Source: Chiloscyllium plagiosum
Taxonomy: Eukaryota
Assembly (NCBI RefSeq): GCF_004010195.1
Contig: NC_057754.1
Span: forward strand, 7,467,428 to 7,531,427
Length of the DNA: 64,000 bases
Direction: 5' to 3'
A model generated the notes under the pieces. It saw only the letters and a program-made list of their open reading frames with translations, did no database searches and was not told the DNA's origin. Both the position numbers and the translations under genes were made by a program. Positions 61,334-64,000 of the stretch are shown here, piece after piece; within the stretch, counting starts at the first letter, position 1, and each line of letters begins with the position of its first letter.

Positions 61334-63849
61334 CTTCATGGCCATAACTTTATATTTCCAGATTTATTAATCAAGTTAGAAGTTGGTAGTTGCTGTGACA
61401 GGTTTTGACAAGCATTTGCCTGGGCCCCATGATTATTGGTTCACTGACATTAACCTTACACCACTGTAAGCCATAGAAGGAGGTATTTGGACAAATGACC
61501 AAAAAAGCCTGGCTAAAGAGTTATTTAAAAGAGTAGAGTGAGGCAGAAAGGCACAGAGGTTTTGAGAGGGAATCCCAGAGATTAGCACCCTGTGCAGCTG
61601 GAGGCACAGCCACCAAAGGTGGAGTGATGGTCATCACAGGATGGGGCGAGAAGCTGCCATTGGAGTATTCAATCAGAAGAGAAATTAGGGCATTGTGCCC
61701 TTTGCCCTGTTCAGCATTTAACCCTCAATGTAAATTCTGTACAATTGGCTTCTTTATCACATTACCAGGAAAGTATCACTTTGTTTTGGTTCACTCATGG
61801 GACATGGGCATCGCTGGCTGGCCAGCATTTATTGTCTGTCCCTAGTTGCTCCATGAGATGGTGGTGATGAGCTGCCTTCTTGAATTGCTGCAGTTCATGT
61901 GGTGTAGGTAGACCCACAGTGCCCTTTGGGAGGGAGTTTGAGGATATTTTTGTTAAAATGTGTAAAAATCATGGAATTGTTGCAACAATTATTTTTAGCC
62001 CATTGTACCTATGCTTGTTCTATGCAGGAACAACTTTGTTAGTTGCAATCCACTGCCTTTTCTCTACAGCCTTTCCGAAGCCCATATGCACCCTGTCATC
62101 CACATTACATTAATCTTTGCTGTTGATATTTTTAATCAGTCTTTTCAGACGTTTAATGATACATGTGTGAGGCAGGTGGAACCCTGACCCCAGATTTTCT
62201 GGCCTAGGGATAGGGACATTGCCACAATAGGCCCAAACCATTGCTGTTACCTCACAAAACACACAATTGATGAAAGATGATTTTCCTTTAACAAATCTGC
62301 ACTAATGTTACCTTATTGATTTGCACCAATCCAAGTGAGAATTATTTCTGTCAACTCAAAGCTTTTCCATGACTGGATCTAAACTGACTGGTCTGTAGAT
62401 TCAGGGATTATTCTTACAACTTTCTTTGAACAGGATTCTCCACTCCTCTGGCAGTGGGCCCCACCCCTGAGGAGGATTAGATGGTTGTAGTCAGTGCTTC
62501 AGCATTCTCAGAGACAATTTGTCTGGTTTCAGTGATCTAATCAATGGATCTCTCTAATTCCTTCTCTATCTGTATTAACCTACTCATTGTCTCGACCACT
62601 TTCTCTCTCACTAAGACTTGGGCAATGTCTTCTTCCTTGTCAAAGTCAGATGCAAAGTTCTCATTTCATGTCTCAGCCAAACCTCTGCCTCCACGTGTAG
62701 ATCCCCTTTTGACCCCAATCAGCACTTTTCTGTCTTTATGCTATTTATACAGAGATTGAAGGTTTGTGAATTTCCTTCTTTATCGGTTGCCAGTTTTTAC
62801 TTGTACTCTTTCTGTCTCCTGGATTCCCTTTGTCCTTTCCCCCACTCTCCCTACATTCAGCGTGTTTATATTTATATTATCAACTTGATGTGTGTCACAT
62901 CATGTAGGCTTTTGCTTCATCTCGCTCTCCATCTCTTTTGTCACCGAACGAGTTCTGTTTTTGTGTGACCCAGCTTTCTCTGTCATGGAACTGTACCTGA
63001 GCCATCTCCTCTTTAAAGGCAGCCCCGTTGCGTTACAGTTTACCTGCTGATCTTTGAGTTCAGTTTACCCAGGACAGATCCATTCTCTTACTCCTGAGAT
63101 TTCATTCCTTAAATTCGGACCTGAACATGATCAGACATTCACATAGACATGAGCTCTACTTTGGTGGTAAGTTTGCAAAAGCAAGCTTCCAAGCCAGAGC
63201 TTGCACTGGCTCGTAAACACAATCCAAACTCAAACAACTTGGAAGTTGACATTAAATTCTCAGTGATTTGCCAAACTCTGTTCTCACTCCAATGCAAGTT
63301 AACAGTCTGCATATCTTTTACATCCAATTCCAAGATTAGCCTAGATCATCCTATTGCCAGGGCCTTATTGTCTAATAAATGTTGAACCTTTGATTATAAA
63401 ATGCCCAGTAAAATGTTGAATCTTTGTTTAAACCATAGGTTAAAAGCCCATCCTTAAGCTTTTGTAGAAACACTAAGTTCAGGACTACTTTGCTTCTTGA
63501 TTCCCATGAGCAGTTCTTCAGCTTCAAGATCTTCTTACAAAAACTCCATTGTTTGTGCAGTTTAGAGAGGACTTTGGTAGTGGCTGTGGGTTTGGAAAGA
63601 GCTGCTGGAGGAACTTTACTGAGTTGCTGCAGTGTGGATGGTACTCATTGCTGTGACTGAGTGTGGGTAGTGGTGATTACCTGATCTCGATTCAGCAATT
63701 CCTCCTTAGACTGACATACTGGTCTAGAAAATTCTCCTGAGCACACTTCAGAAACTCACTCCCCCTCTGCCCTTTACGTTCTTAATATCCTGGTCTGTAC
63801 GAGGACAGTTAAAGTACCTTATTGTAATTACACACTTTTGCAATTCCCT

Positions 63850-64000
63850 ATACCTTCCCCATAAATTTGGTCCTCTGTATCATCCTCCGCCACTTCCGCC
63901 ACCTCCAAATGGACCCCACCACCAAAGAAATATTTCCCTCCCTACCCCTATCAGCGTTCCGAAAAGACAATTCCTTCCGCGACTCCCTCGTCAGGTCCAT
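63850..64000 (+). mobile_element. Penelope-like fragment running off the window
   Basis: IILRHFRHLQMDPTTKEIFPSLPLSAFRKDNSFRDSLVRS, the Penelope linker region; homologous to about 2890-3060 on the minus strand. Confidence 0.75.

Noticed and set aside
60569..64000. NAALADL1 exon 3
   Set aside because: No segment with suitable splice sites and the expected (P)YxAYxPxG-like peptide was found; it probably lies beyond the window.

Overview
Vertebrate genomic DNA. The repeat content (CR1 LINEs, HE1-type and Deu-domain SINEs, Penelope-like elements) points to a shark or other cartilaginous fish; this is an inference. The window holds a complete 8-exon YIF1A gene on the + strand, with a CpG-island promoter at about 13.9-14.35 kb. 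Its CDS joins 14301-14328, 21241-21464, 24087-24191, 29050-29134, 30492-30549, 36040-36195, 39466-39559 and 41385-41537 (903 nt, 300 aa; all GT-AG, phases consistent). The first two coding exons of NAALADL1 (55211-55410, 60396-60568) follow downstream. The rest is dense in transposon relics, and there is an assembly gap at 14451-15357. Most notable observations: (1) several families of short Penelope-derived inserts carry minimal hammerhead-ribozyme motifs, many with their own target-site duplications; (2) these inserts repeatedly form fold-back palindromes; (3) a degenerate duplicate of YIF1A exon 7 keeps both splice sites, is a candidate poison exon, and has gained a perfect 22-bp hairpin. 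Repeat boundaries are approximate unless a TSD or TIR is given.
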